DNA of 64,000 nt. Source: Ruditapes philippinarum (lineage: Eukaryota). The translations under genes were made by a program, and so were the position numbers. This document shows positions 42,100 through 55,600 of the stretch, in pieces (positions within the stretch are counted from its first letter, which is position 1; each line of letters opens with the position of its first letter). The notes below the pieces were generated by a model. That model was given only the letters and a program-made list of their open reading frames with translations, searched no databases and was not told the origin of the DNA. The DNA is taken from positions 124,001 to 188,000 of the forward strand of contig NW_026864167.1 in the NCBI RefSeq assembly GCF_026571515.1. Reading direction: 5' to 3'.

Positions 42100-45000
42100 C
42101 ACTTTTGCCATTTTGTGCGTTCTTGTTTCTCTATTTATTAAACAGCTATTCCATTAAAACGATATTATGTTATTTTTGTTTGTTTGTTGTTATTTTTTAA
42201 GGATTATACAAAATATAAACGTAATGACAGTGATTATACTTTGAATTATGACTAATAATGTTATGAAAAATATTATTTATCATATATCGTTGACAATGTT
42301 GTCAACTGTCACTTCAAAAATTCAATAATTTCATACTATAGATGATTTCTATTGATTTATAATCTGGAACAACTGGATGGTTTTTATATAACGAAAATTG
42401 TTATTTAGGACGAACACTTGTAAAAGTATATAAACGGAAAAGTCTTTCATTGATTATGAAACGTAAGTTTCTTAGCAAAATCTCAAATTGTGCTAGAGAA
42501 AAGATCTTGATAAAGTATTATCCTTCAGTTGCATTTATTCTTATAACTTAGAATTGTTTATTTTTCTGGCAAATATTTATACTCTCCGGAAAAATTGTTC
42601 TGTTTCTCATTGTATGTATATTTGTTTATTTGTATTTCTATGGCTATAAACATTGAACTATGTTTTATGCTGAATAAAGTTCGTATTCGTATTCGTATTA
42701 CAAAATTACATGAAAATTGTAACTTGGTTTGATTGAGTCTGTAAATGAGGTATGATGAAAATGTAAAACATCACTCACGCCCTCTAGATAACACCGACCT
42801 GAGCGGTACTCAGAGCGATATTCAGTGTTCAACAATTTAGCATCGGAATCAATGGTGCCACTGGACCAAAAATAATATAACAATTCTAAAAAATTGTTAA
42901 AATTTAGACAAAAAAAGATAGGTAAAAAGACAACAAAGTTATAAGTACCCTCTAAATGTTGAAGTATATAAAAAGGTTTTATACTAATCGTGTTCTTGAA
43001 TATGATTCTTAATAAGTTAAACATGATGTAATGGCATTACAAAAAACATTGTACACCAATGTGAATATAACTATATTTTTTCAAGTTTATGTTAATCAAT
43101 ATGAATGTGAAGCGCTTATAAAATTTGAGAAGACATTCTCCTTTTCACCACATGTTAAAACAAAGAAGCAATATGTTGTACTTTGCATTTACAGCAAGCA
43201 AGTACGGAGGACTAATACAAAACACAAAGCTCATAAAAGTTGGTGAAGACGAAAAAGTCATAGATCTTGTGAACTGTTACTGCTAAAACTGAACAAAGAT
43301 TTATAGATATATTCAGTTTCGTGTTATTGCAAATATAGATGGATAAATAAGTTTTATTCTAAAACAGACAATCTTTGCCACTTCAGATTAAGTGCGCTCA
43401 TGAGAAATACGTCGTGTATTTCGGATATCATTTTAACTTCACATTCTTCGTTTTATTCGATGGTACAGGTAAGTCATATTTTTCTTCTGTAAGAAATATT
43501 GATTTAAATGAACAAAACATTGTATAATTATTTAGTTCTCGCACCATTTAAATTGATTATACTTCAAGTAATATACTCAATAGACAATATGATGTCTGGA
43601 ATAAATGAAACATTATTTACTTTATGGCAATTATTTTAGCAAACGGGTTATAAGGGTACCATGATAACACAAATGAAACATTTACCAGATAGAAATTCCC
43701 GAGAAATCAAATCATCAAATTGACAAACGATATGTGAGAAAAAATATGAACAATGATAGGTCACATTAAATGATCGCTTGTCAGTCTGGTCTTTTATGTA
43801 AACGATATTTTATAAAAACAGTTTGTCTTTAACCGAAGTGTAATAACATTAATTATCTGTGATTGTTTATTTGTATAATTGCAAAGCAATTTTGAAACAT
43901 TTATTATTAAATTGAATACACGACTTTCCATTTATGATCACAGAACACATTATATTATATCAAAATTCAAACCAAAACATTTAAGATAAAACGATACAGT
44001 ATTGTCTTGCAAATGCTCTATTTTGATCAAAGGTTTTATGGTATTAAAAATACAATATAATATTGTAAGCCTAGAAGATAATATGCATCATACAAAATAG
44101 TGTGAGATATACAACTAGTTTACAATATGATAATCAATAGTTCCCTAGTCAAAGATATAAAAACATAACGATTTCAACACTAAGAAGAGTAATGAATATG
44201 AACAAAATCTTTCTCTCATGACATAAAATGTTAAAGTCAAAACACATTGGTTAATCAGTATTTAATACTGCTTATGTTGTTGGTATTAAAGCAATCGATA
44301 CATTTCACATATCATTATCAATTCTTAATAAAGTTTTAAATAAACATTAATCAATTGGCATGGATAAAATATCTCCAAATTCATGCTCTCACTTAAAAGG
44401 ATGATTGAGGGAAATGTCAACAATAGTCGGTTTGGTTTGAAGCACTTATTGTTATTACTTTCTCTATAAGGTTAATTGGATTAAACGGTGATCTGTTTTG
44501 TGCTGTTGTTGATTGTTTTCGGGTGTTGTTTTTTTGTTTTCCTTTTTTCTGCTGTGTACGTTTTAACCACCTATTGATGTTCTAGTTTCAGTTTTTCTGT
44601 CATGGTGTTTTAATAAATAGTTTCTCAGAAATATTCAATAATGAGCTTGAGCTTTTAAATAGTTTTCCTTTTAAATAGGTTCGTTATTCAATTTGATAGA
44701 TTATCTCGGTACACAAGCATTATATAAATACATTATACTCATAAATGTTTCTTATTTCAGTTATAACAATCAACGTTTCATTTCAAGTATTTGATCATGT
44801 GAAACTGAACTCTTCTGCTTCATACAAGTACCACTGAGCATCAAAATCTAAATACATAATATAACTTGACATTCTATAAGCCACCAACAATAATTGATTT
44901 ACATGTCGAAAGCATTACAAACAGTTCTTTAGAAATGAGTTATTGACCGATATTGTGTTCGTAAATGACTCTCGCATTATCAAATAGTTTTTAAAATGAA

Positions 45001-45400
45001 ACCATATGTACGCAAGGTAAATGTATAGCTGCCGACTGCACACTTATTTTTACAACTTTTATCTCTTTTAACTTATGTGCAATATTTCTTTAACTGAGTA
45101 TCACTTTTCCCTAGTTACTGAAAAGTCTTTGAAATACATAATCCTTTCAGTGACATTGTCTTGTCGCCAATAGGTATTTGTCATATATCATTTTATTATA
45201 GCTTTATTGTTAGATTTTCAATGCATAATAAAATGAATGACAAGTAAGTAAAGGTCTGACAATTGATGATATTAGATAAAACTTGTATTGAGAAGGTAGT
45301 CTTCAACAAAATTATATCACATGTTTGAACCTTATATTTGATTGATATAATTTTTGTTTATAAAAGAAAGTATATTTAAATAAATTTAAAAAGGGCGGAA
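42100..45400 (+). pseudogene. Unknown family member M8 (copy at ~54650-57650)
   Basis: LEQLDGFY 42364-42387 (REQLDDFY in ORF 54881); KLHE near 42703; NINQLAWIKY 44343-44372 at the distance predicted from M3; several nucleotide anchors to M1 and M4. Confidence 0.62.
42548..42699 (+). mobile_element. 5'-truncated non-LTR retrotransposon 3' end with (TTCGTA)n tail, private to B1
   Basis: Ends aataaag-ttcgtattcgtattcgtatt. Absent at the equivalent site ~55080. Confidence 0.75.
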
Positions 45401-45449
45401 ATTATTAAATGTATTGGTTTTTAGATCAACTTACAAAAGATTTTTAAAA

Positions 45450-47450
45450 AAAATTTGGGAAACTTTAATAAAGGGGCGTAAAGAAAGGGGTTAGGTTTTA
45501 AAAATTTTGATAATGTGTTAGCAAAGGGGAAAACAAAATATCAAATCTTTTTTTAGCAGGAAAATTTACGTAAAAGACAATTTTTTTTGGAGGGAGAGAA
45601 ATTAAACATAATAAATTTCAGTTTTTATATAATAAAAAGATAACAACAACAGACCCTTTTTTTAAAAAATTTTGGTTTCCCGTCAATTTCCTTGTTTTTT
45701 TTTGGGTTTTTTTATTTAATTTTAAAATGTCTAATGGGGAACCCCCTTCCTTTTTCCCCTTTTCAAATTTTATGAATTTATCAAACAAAACCAAAATGCT
45801 TGGGAAAGTTAAAAAAGTGGCGGTAATAATTATATAGGGGGAATAATAGTGGGTGATTGGCTATTTTTGGGTTTCACCACATGAAAGAAAAAAAGAAAAG
45901 CCTGGAATATCGTAAGACATATTAGAGGCCTAATTTTAAATACACGAAAACACCAATGTTGTGCCCTTTGCAACAAGGATAAAATTTATGGACGAATTTT
46001 ATATTGTTTTACTGTTATAACTCTGTAAAAGACATATATCAAATACTACTTTGGCTTTGTTTTATTATAAATTTCAATTATTATAATGTATTTATATTTT
46101 ATTATTAAATCTGAAGGGTTATTATAGTTTGTTACGTACTGTTTACATTTTGTTAGTGCTCTTCAAACAAACCTGATACTCACCTCATGAACGAAAAGAG
46201 AAAAGTTCTGTCCATAATGATAAATATTTTGTCTGAACAAAAACAGCTTCACTTGGCTTTAACTCCTTTTTAGTATTACTGACATCGGGCAATTGAGAAC
46301 CGAGACAGAAATTGCCATAAATCTGGGCTTGTGTAATACACTGTATAAATAGGAAGTTTTGAGAAATGATAAAAATTTGGAACTTTCACAAATTAAAAAC
46401 TGTTTTTACGTTTTTTTTTATTTGTTTAATGTAATGCCTTGCTTAAACAACTGGCAAATGTACTTACTCAACACAAAAAAAAAATGAGAATCATCTTCTT
46501 TACATTATTGATGAAAACATATAAAAATTCATATCATAATAAAAAAGCATTTACAATAATTTATATTCTCGAAAGTTGGGTCGCAAAACTTGTTTTTGGG
46601 TATTTTTTAATCTATTAATTAACTGAAGAACTGTTTTAAAACTTAAAAATGTTCTTTTCATCATATTCGTATTGTCCTTTGTTGGTGGACTTTGGTTTTG
46701 CTCAGTTTTCAATATATTTAAATTAACACATTCCTCCACATACCATGATCAAAAATTTGCTTGAATATTTTACCTTCTATTACGTGTTTGATTTTATGGT
46801 AAGTTTGCAGAAAAAATATATTTTACGTTAACAGTCAATAACAAATCAAGGTTGTTCTTGTTTTTTGAAAACATTTAAGTACATATGCTCTCAAATGTCA
46901 TTCGCAAAAGAAGATTACGAAACAAGTAAATTATATAAAATGTGGAAATAAACCGGCCAATTTTAGGTCTTTGTTCCTATATATTTAGTTTCAATTGTTT
47001 TAATTTATATAAGGGAATCCGCCCTTTTGTAAGAAGAAAATTTAAGTGAAAGTAACTGAGTATAAAAAACTTATTGTTTTGTGAACAACGCAAAATTAAA
47101 ATGAATTCTTCTTTTGTTTTCGGTTTGAAAGTAATCAACCCAACGAACATTAATGCATATAAAGTCATATACTCTTCCAACATCTACTTTCAAGTTAAGT
47201 TTTTTAAAACACAAACATAGAACTAGAAAAAAAATGAAGCCCAATTACTAACACAAGAATAAATTACACGTCCTCAGGATGAGAAGTTTACAAGATCCCA
47301 TTGCAACAAAAAACTGTAGCAAAACAAGAATATTTGTTTGACCTGCACTATTTTATTTAGATTAAAAAACGAACAAAGTGACTTGAATAGAAGTTGTTGT
47401 TTTTTTTTTGTAGAATTTTCTTTGCTTATGACTGAACGTGTATGATGCTA
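45450..47450 (-). pseudogene. Unknown family member M9 (error-rich copy; cleaner copy M9' at ~57700-59400)
   Basis: Colinear with 57700-59400, but with many homopolymer expansions. Confidence 0.55.
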
Positions 47451-48269
47451 TAGCATTGTGGTCGTAAATTTCATTCAATACTAAAGTGTGCATTATATGT
47501 GTGAGAAAATCAAAACTTTGCAAATAATGACAATTATGCTCATAATTTGAAAAGCAGTAAAGTCCTTGATATATCTTTTACTACTAGACATTTGAATGAA
47601 CTGTTCTGAATCAAATAAGAACATTGATAACAAAAGGAATATTCTTTATTTCCAGATAATGTATTACCATTGTGTTAAAGAAAATTGTCATACAGACAGA
47701 AACTTTCTAGATATATTTACAAAACAATATATAGTGATATAATCAGATTTATGTTTTTTAATAGATATAATACAGGCTGAAGTAAATTATAAGTTGTCAT
47801 AAGCTTGAATTTCTGTTTACTAAAGTAGTAAATACCAACAAATAAAAAGGAATTATATCACGAGGTATTATAAAACCACCGATTTGGACAAATATTATTT
47901 TGATTCTAACACGACATCAACAATGTGATGTTATTGAGCGATAAAATCACTATTTGGGATGTATTATTTCTTAATTATATAATGCTAAAAGAAATAAAAG
48001 AAAAAAAAGTTGACCCTTCTGGGGCTTAAGATTCAATGCAGTTGCCAGTAGTTCTTAAGCCTTTTTGAATACCCTTCAAAGTCAGTTTAAATGAAGCCTG
48101 TTGAATTTTGTATAGTTTAAGAGAAACAAAACAGAAAATGACTCCAACTGTAAATTAAAAAAAAATACTGGCCAATAATGGATGGTTAAAAATGCATGTG
48201 AATGATAACAAACTGTTAAATATTTAAATGAAATTTGAAATTGAAACTGTCAGACCTGACTAACTAGTT

Positions 48270-49900
48270 TTTTGATAACAAATTGAAATAGCTTTTATCA
48301 ACAATCAGTATATTCTTATTTTATCGGGAAAATTACTTTACGTAAATTATCGAGACAAATTACAAGAATGAAGTGCATTTATGTTTGTTAAAATATAGAA
48401 AGCTAAGATTTGAATAATGTCAACTAAAGCATATATACAAAACAGTCGGTAATATAGTCGTTAGATAAACATCATATTCAAAGTGACTCAAAAAAGTACT
48501 ACCGCAGAAAAAGGGCGTATAAGACAGAATTGTAAGTTTAAATGATATTGTGTCCTGTTATATCACTCTATCTTTTGAGATAAATTTAAAAAAAATATTT
48601 CAATACATAAATGATATATCAAATAACATGCTTTTATTTCATATTTGTACCAGACACGCCCTTGTTTGTCCATGTTAAAAGGATACAAACGTCTTTTGGG
48701 AATTTCGTTCTGTCTTTATTTCTTATCACTGAATCAGGATATCAGTCAAACACATATTTGATTGATGAATGCGGTGGTTTTTAAATAAATGAGAAATAGT
48801 GGTGATCATTGGTTATTTGGTATAACACATTATAGTCTCAAAACGTTGAATATCATAGCGAAAAAAAGAAATATTTGCAAAACGCGAGACAAATATTAGT
48901 GCCCTGTGCAAAAGAATACATTTTTGATCGAAGTCGCTTGTTGTTCTGTACTCTAAATTATGCGGTAAAGCGTGCTTTAAGTTTTGTTAAAATACTCCAT
49001 ATTTTGTTTATTTCAACCATTGTATTTCCATATAAAAAACAGCCTAACTATAAAAATAACGTATACATGGTATATCACTAATTATTTCTAATTTGGTTCA
49101 GAAACAAATCATATGGTCTAGTTACGAGTTGAATTTGAAAATTAGATCAGGTTGTTCTAATTAAGACTAATACCTTGAACGGTACTGACACTTCAAATGA
49201 TTATTAACTCATGCGGCCAAAATAAAACAAACAAAAAACGGTTATTTAAGTGACACTGCAAATCATCTTTTAACTGCATTCTATATTCAAAACACAAACT
49301 GATTTCACATATGATATACAGGCACAAGTCTCGTATGTAGACACGCACAGGCCGTATACATCTCCTTTTTAATTGCTTCTTCATATATTAAGAGATACAT
49401 ATCATAAAATAACATACATAGAACAAAAAAGGTCATATTTATATATCAACCGTTATATCCATACAAGATGTAAATTAATTGTGCGATAATGTGTAATGTT
49501 GTTGTATTTGTTTTGTTCCGTCAATTTCACTAATACTTCTACACTAAACAAACCAAAGGAATTTAATGATGTTAATATATGCGCACAATGAGTATTTTTC
49601 TAAAAAAAAACAAATTCTTACTTTTTTTACACAGAATATATCTATCTGTGAGTTCATCGACTGATGTCTTAGGATTTTCAGAAATGCTCTTATTATTGAT
49701 AAATCTAATCGATTCATTTCAATTAAAACACGTTTTTACTGTTAAATTTTTATGGAGTGTACTATTTCAAAAATAAAATTATAATAAAAACAAGCATGCA
49801 ATCCGTATCCGTTTATTGTTAAACACTTTTAACAACTAAAAACATTATGTTACAATATATTCAGTACTTTTGCGTTACATCTGAAGTGGATGAAAAAATG
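48270..49900 (-). pseudogene. Unknown family member M10 (copy at ~59550-61000)
   Basis: RQNEIPKRRLYPFNMDKQGRVWYKYEIK (L..W at 48650-48688). The copy reads NRRLYPLNMGKQGHAWYKY (59944-59982). Confidence 0.68.
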
Positions 49901-49949
49901 CCTTTTGTACATCCTCTTTAATAATTGAGGTGTTAATATTAACCCTTTG

Positions 49950-50200
49950 ATTAAATATTTTGTTTTTAAGTACATATATGTACTTTGTTTTCCTGTACTT
50001 TTTTCAATAAGACGTCCACTGGGACTTCCTCCTCATACTAGGTGATAACATAGCGGACAATTTACTACAAAACGTGATTGATTTATGAATGTTTCGCAGA
50101 AGTGGTATCTATTAAACTGACATCATTCAAGGTCCTATTGTTTTTCTTCACACGATTAGGTCGAATGCTCTTCAATTTCATCACGATGTAAGGCGAAACG
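49950..50200 (+). pseudogene. Fragment M11 (copy at ~61050-61320)
   Basis: DVHWDFLLILGDNIADNLLQNVID aligns with NVHQDFLLRKNDKTGNNLHYHVYD of M6. Confidence 0.55.
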
Positions 50201-51495
50201 AATAAGTGTTAGAAATACCTTAAGATTATAAAAACAGCATTATATAACCGTTTATATATATTATAAAATATCAGTCATTAGATACATTAGATACATGCAT
50301 ATAATTATTATAACCATTAAAATTATTTAACATTATTTGTTATGTTTTTTTTCTGCGTATCTCAATCAATACTATTAAAAGTAAGTTTATTTCCAATGAA
50401 TGTAGATAAATTTAATATATAGTCATGACCATGTATTTTCTTAAACAAAAATAACTTAATAAATTGAAACTTGTAATATTTGTATTCACTCATCTGTGTT
50501 TCGACTAAATGCATACATATCATGATTTCAACCAAATGCTTTTTTTAAAAACAACATAATTGAAATGATGCTATTTAATAATGTTGTTCATATGTTGTGT
50601 AACCACAACTTAATATTCTTCTCTATTGCATGCAGAGTTGCCTCAAAACATATTAACAAATATATCAAATAATGTTTATTTAGCAACCTAAGATAAACTT
50701 TGTTATCAAGTTTTCATTCAATAAAACGTCCACCAGGATATCCTTCTCATAAAAGCTGATAAAATAGGGGAAAACTTACTCTACCACGTGTTTGATTTAT
50801 GGTTGTATCGCATAACTCTTCTTGCACAAACTCGTTAGTTTTCGTCAGACATATAGTCAACTGTTCGTAGAAACAATCACGATTCAACATAAAGAGGCAA
50901 TTGAGTGGTGATGTTAAATGAAAAATACTGGCCATTTTAAGTTAACACTTTTTTCATCAATTGTTTAGTCCGGAATATTTTGAGACTCTGAGATTAGAAA
51001 ATCTATTATGCTATCAAATCTTTTTTTTAAATATGCTAATAATAAATTTATTAAATCAGTTCGATTGTTCTCGAGTCTTTTTAACATGTACTATTCAAAG
51101 AAAACAGTTGATTTCACCAACGCATCCTGAAAATTTAGATCAGTAGTGTAATAAGGCGCCTTAATAAATCAGCCACGCCGAGTTCTCATAATTTATATCC
51201 AGGAAAGAGATTAAACAGATAACATGTTCCTAATAAAAACAATTTCTATCTTCTTTATGTAACCATAAAATGCACGAAAAGTTTTAGTTGTTGAACCGTC
51301 TCGGTCAAAATTTTCTGTGTCTTTGAAAGCTATGGTATATCAAATAAAATTATTATTAGAAAATTAGTAACAGAAAGTGGACCACTTGTTTTAGAAATAA
51401 GTTATAAGGATATTGTTTAAAAGGAAGTGATTTTATCAAGACTGTAATCAATTAGATTTCACCGATCAAAATTCGTTTAAACTGTTACATAAGAA

Positions 51496-52660
51496 ATAGA
51501 GGATATTTGTTTGTTTGTGTGTAAGGTGAAATTTTATTTCATCGAGTGGGCTTTAAAAACAGTATTCTCACGAGTGGCGTAGACACGAGTGAGAAGTCTG
51601 TTTTTAAAGTTCACGAGATGAAATAAAATGACATCTTACACAACAAACAGACACATTTTCTTTTTATTTCATGCTTAAAGACAAGTTTAAACGAAATTTC
51701 CATAATTTTAACGTTAATATTAAAATCTGTTTCCCCCATTGAGAGCCCCATTTAGACGGAATTTCTCATTAAAAACAAGAAGTCTTGAGCTGAAAAATAA
51801 GTTCGCCAATCAACGTTAAATGACGGTGATACTTATTCATTTTATCAAAAAAAAATATGAATGATCGCTTGTTTTAATAGTAAAAACAAATAATTCTTGT
51901 AGGAGAAAAAGTCCAACCATCCATCCATATTTCTGCTACTTACTGCGAATTTATATTAGACCTGGCTTTGTAAAATGTAAGCGGCAGCCATTTTTTAAAG
52001 TTGTGTATTTCATGGGCGGAAAATAATTGTGTAAGATTCAGAAAGATATAATTTGGATTTGTTAGTCATACACCTTTTTAAAAGAAAGAAAACTTATTTG
52101 ACGATTGTAACAGACAAAAAATAAGTGTTGACAGAAGTGAAAACATTCAGAAAAGGAGCTAAGAAAATGGAAAACTTGGAAGCTTGCTAAGGAACGCTGG
52201 GTTGTTTTACTTATTTTACGAGTGATGGCTGTCAATGCTTTTCAATTTTTCATAAAGCATACGGCAGTTATTGCTCGTAGGATACTTTAATACGCCCAAA
52301 TGTCACCAAGAGCAGTTTGGCATGGGGAAAGAATGTATTTTACAGACTGTAAAAACGAAACAAAAAAATTAGGAGACAAAATTTGGTGATTGGAATTTGA
52401 AGGAATAGAAGTAAGTCTCTTTACTACTTTTGACATTTAAGTTATTTATCTATTTCAGCTTTGCTATTTCTTTTAACAGCCTGACATTGTCAGAATTGTC
52501 AGTAAAAATAAAATTGAGGTACCACATGGGGAAAATCTTAAAAAAGTAGTTTCGTCATTGCGAAAAGTGAAATTATATTTTGATAAGTTTCACTGTGAAA
52601 TTATCAAATATAATTTTCACGGATAAATCAGTATTTCACTGAAAAGCATAAAATAATAAA
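51496..52660. mobile_element. Non-autonomous element with a large subterminal hairpin, tentatively Crypton-like; partial copy from 62619
   Basis: Absent at the equivalent site ~39925. Starts atagaggatatt and ends ataataaa, with no TIR or clear TSD. Hairpin 51501-51660 is centred on cacgagtg-gcgtaga-cacgagtg. The insertion is certain; the family call is from memory. Confidence 0.65.
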
Positions 52661-55600
52661 TTATGTTTGTCGACGATCATATGAAGATGTTTATTTTCAT
52701 CTTTTATGTTTTATACACTAAAATGTGCTTTAGCTGCGCGAAAAACAGCAAAACTAAAAATACTTTACAAAGTATGCCGATTTGTTTAATTTAAAACATA
52801 ACACTTTATATTAATGTCTTATTTTATTAAATATACCTAACGTGTTATAAATTACTATTCACATTTACACAGAGAAAATTTCATTGTATTTATGAAACCT
52901 TCCAAGTTGATGTTGGTATAAATTCTGAGCAAGAAAAGTACATTTCAGACAAAAGCAAAGTCAAAATACGTTTGAAAAGTACTATTTGAAGATACTAAAT
53001 TCACGCGAGTTATTTGATTGTTGGCGATAAATGAAGTAAGCAAAATAAATGTTTGAATTAAATTCAAGATGCAGTAGGAAAACAGACTCCTGTATTGCTA
53101 TTAGTTTGCAGTGATGAAAGGTTATTTATATGGTGTTTTTTTAAGAAAAGTATTATCTGAATGCATCAATACATTTAAAGTCTAGATTATATATAAAAAG
53201 AAACAAAAAGAAATTAAACATAAAAACAGTTGATATTAAAATGTCGCGCTGTATAGCAGACGCATTTTATAATTTAAAGTGATTGCCTGCAACATTTTGA
53301 TCATTTTTACAATGGGCGTTCATCCATTGTTTTGTATTTCATTGTATGACATCACGGTAACAGCCTACATTTTTACACTTTTAATTTACATCAGAACACG
53401 ATGTCCCACGTATAGGTATTTTCTATTGAATCAATAATTACTACAGTTGAAAACTAATTAATCGTATTTCAAATTGACAAATAAAACCATAATTTATCAC
53501 TGTAATTTTTAATTATATTAATTATTAGTTATAAATATTTATATTTGCCAGTCACAATATTTGCAAAATTTATACATTTCCTTAATTAACGGATGCCTGT
53601 TGCAGATCATTGCTTGTTTTAAATTAATGATCTGTGCATGTAACAATTATATTAACATATTAGGAATAATTATATTATTAAATTAATTATATTTTTTCCG
53701 ATAAATAGTACCACGTAGACGGAAAGTTAGTGAATTCATTTTTAACATTGAATTGCTAAACATTCTGTCCTTATATACAAAATAAAAAAGGAAAATGAAA
53801 ACATTTGCATGTTTACTCAAAACGTAAATGTTTTTATTGGTAATATCTTTTTTATGTATATGCTGATTTGAAGTGCAAATATTAACATAACTACACGCTC
53901 TTGTGTAAGAAGACATTTATAACATAACCTTTGATAAAATAATAGAATTAAAAATATTGTGATGTAAAAACAGTACGACGATAGCAAACCGATAATTATG
54001 CAATTCTAAGGTTTCAAATTATTCTGCTCTAAACTTGATAAGTGAAATGTTAACAAATGGTTTCAAACTGAGTAAACAGTCGTTTAAACATTCAGATGGT
54101 AATAACGATTAAAGTCGGTAATCTGATGATATCAATGTCATTGGAAACACAATTAGTACAGTAATGCGACGCTGTGATTTGTTATTGATTTGAAGAACCG
54201 CCTCAATAGGTAATGCGGCAAAGTTCATTTAGCTGAACATGGTTGAAGCTCATCTGGGTATTAAATGTGGAATCAAAATCATTATTCTTGCTGAACTTAA
54301 TTTCAAAATAAGTGTCATAGTCACACAGAGGAAATCAAATTATTTATAAGTACATGTATGTTTAAGTATCGAAACCACACATCAACATGAACTATATGTA
54401 TTGATGTAGAGATTATTTAAACATCGTTGATGAAATATACTTGAGATTAACTACTTGCGATAGCATACCTAAAATAAGTAAGTCAAATCTCTATTTTATT
54501 GTGCATGTTTGTTTCAGTATTGTTACATTTTTTACGTTTGTTAGAATATGATTACTGAAGCTATATGCGTCGGATGCTAACATAAATTGACAAATTATCG
54601 TTATATTAATACTATTTAAGAGATATCAAAAATTCAATTTTGCCATTTAAGCGATTCAATGTTTCTCTATTTAATAAACAGCTATTTCATTAAAATGATA
54701 CTCTGTTATTTTTTGTTGTTCTTCTTTTAAGTATTATAAAAAAATAATATGAAATATTGACAGTGTTAATACTTTGAATTATGACTAAAATGTTTTGAAA
54801 AATATTATTTATATATTGTTGAAAATGTTGTAAAATGTCACTTCAAAAATGCAATAATTTCATACAATAGATGATTTCTATTGATTTATACTCGGGAACA
54901 ACTGGATGATTTTTATATAACAAAAATTGTATTTAGAACGAACACTTGTAAAAGTATATCAACGGAGAAGTCTTTCATTGATTATAAAACGAAAGTTTCT
55001 AAGCAAATCTCAAATTGTGCTAGAGAAAAAGAAAAAGATCTAGATAAAGTGTTATCCCTCAGTAGCATTAATTCTGATAACAAAATTACATGAAAATTGT
55101 AACTTGGTTTGATTGAGACTGTACATGAGGTATGATGAACATGTAAAACATCACTCACGCCCTCTAGATAGCACCGACTTGAGCGGTACTAAGAGCGGTA
55201 TTCAGTGTTCAACAATTTAGCGTCGGAATCAATGGTGCCACTGGACCAGAAAAAATATAACCATTCTAAAAATTTGTTGAAAAAAAGGTAAATAAAAAGA
55301 CAACAAAGGCATAAGTACCCTCTAACTGTTGAAGTATATAAAAATATACTAATCATGTTCTTGAATAAGATTCTTAACAAGTTAAACATGATGTAATGGC
55401 ATGACAAAATACATTGTATTATTTGAGAAGACATTCTCCTTTTCACCACATGTTAAAACAAAGGAGCAATATGTTTCACTTTGCATTTACAGCAAGCAAT
55501 TACGGAGGACTAATACAAAATACATAGCTTATAAAAGATGGTGAAGACATAGATCTTGTGAACTGTTACTGCTGAAACTGAACACATATTTATAGATATT

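Noticed and set aside
42840-42870. GINGATGPK as a possible P-loop
   Set aside because: It does not fit GxxxxGK[ST], and the second copy reads GPE.
11280-43475. AG|GTAAGT donor-like sites at ~11286, ~29567 and ~43467
   Set aside because: I could not build a consistent exon chain; isolated sites are expected by chance. A host gene spanning the window cannot be excluded.
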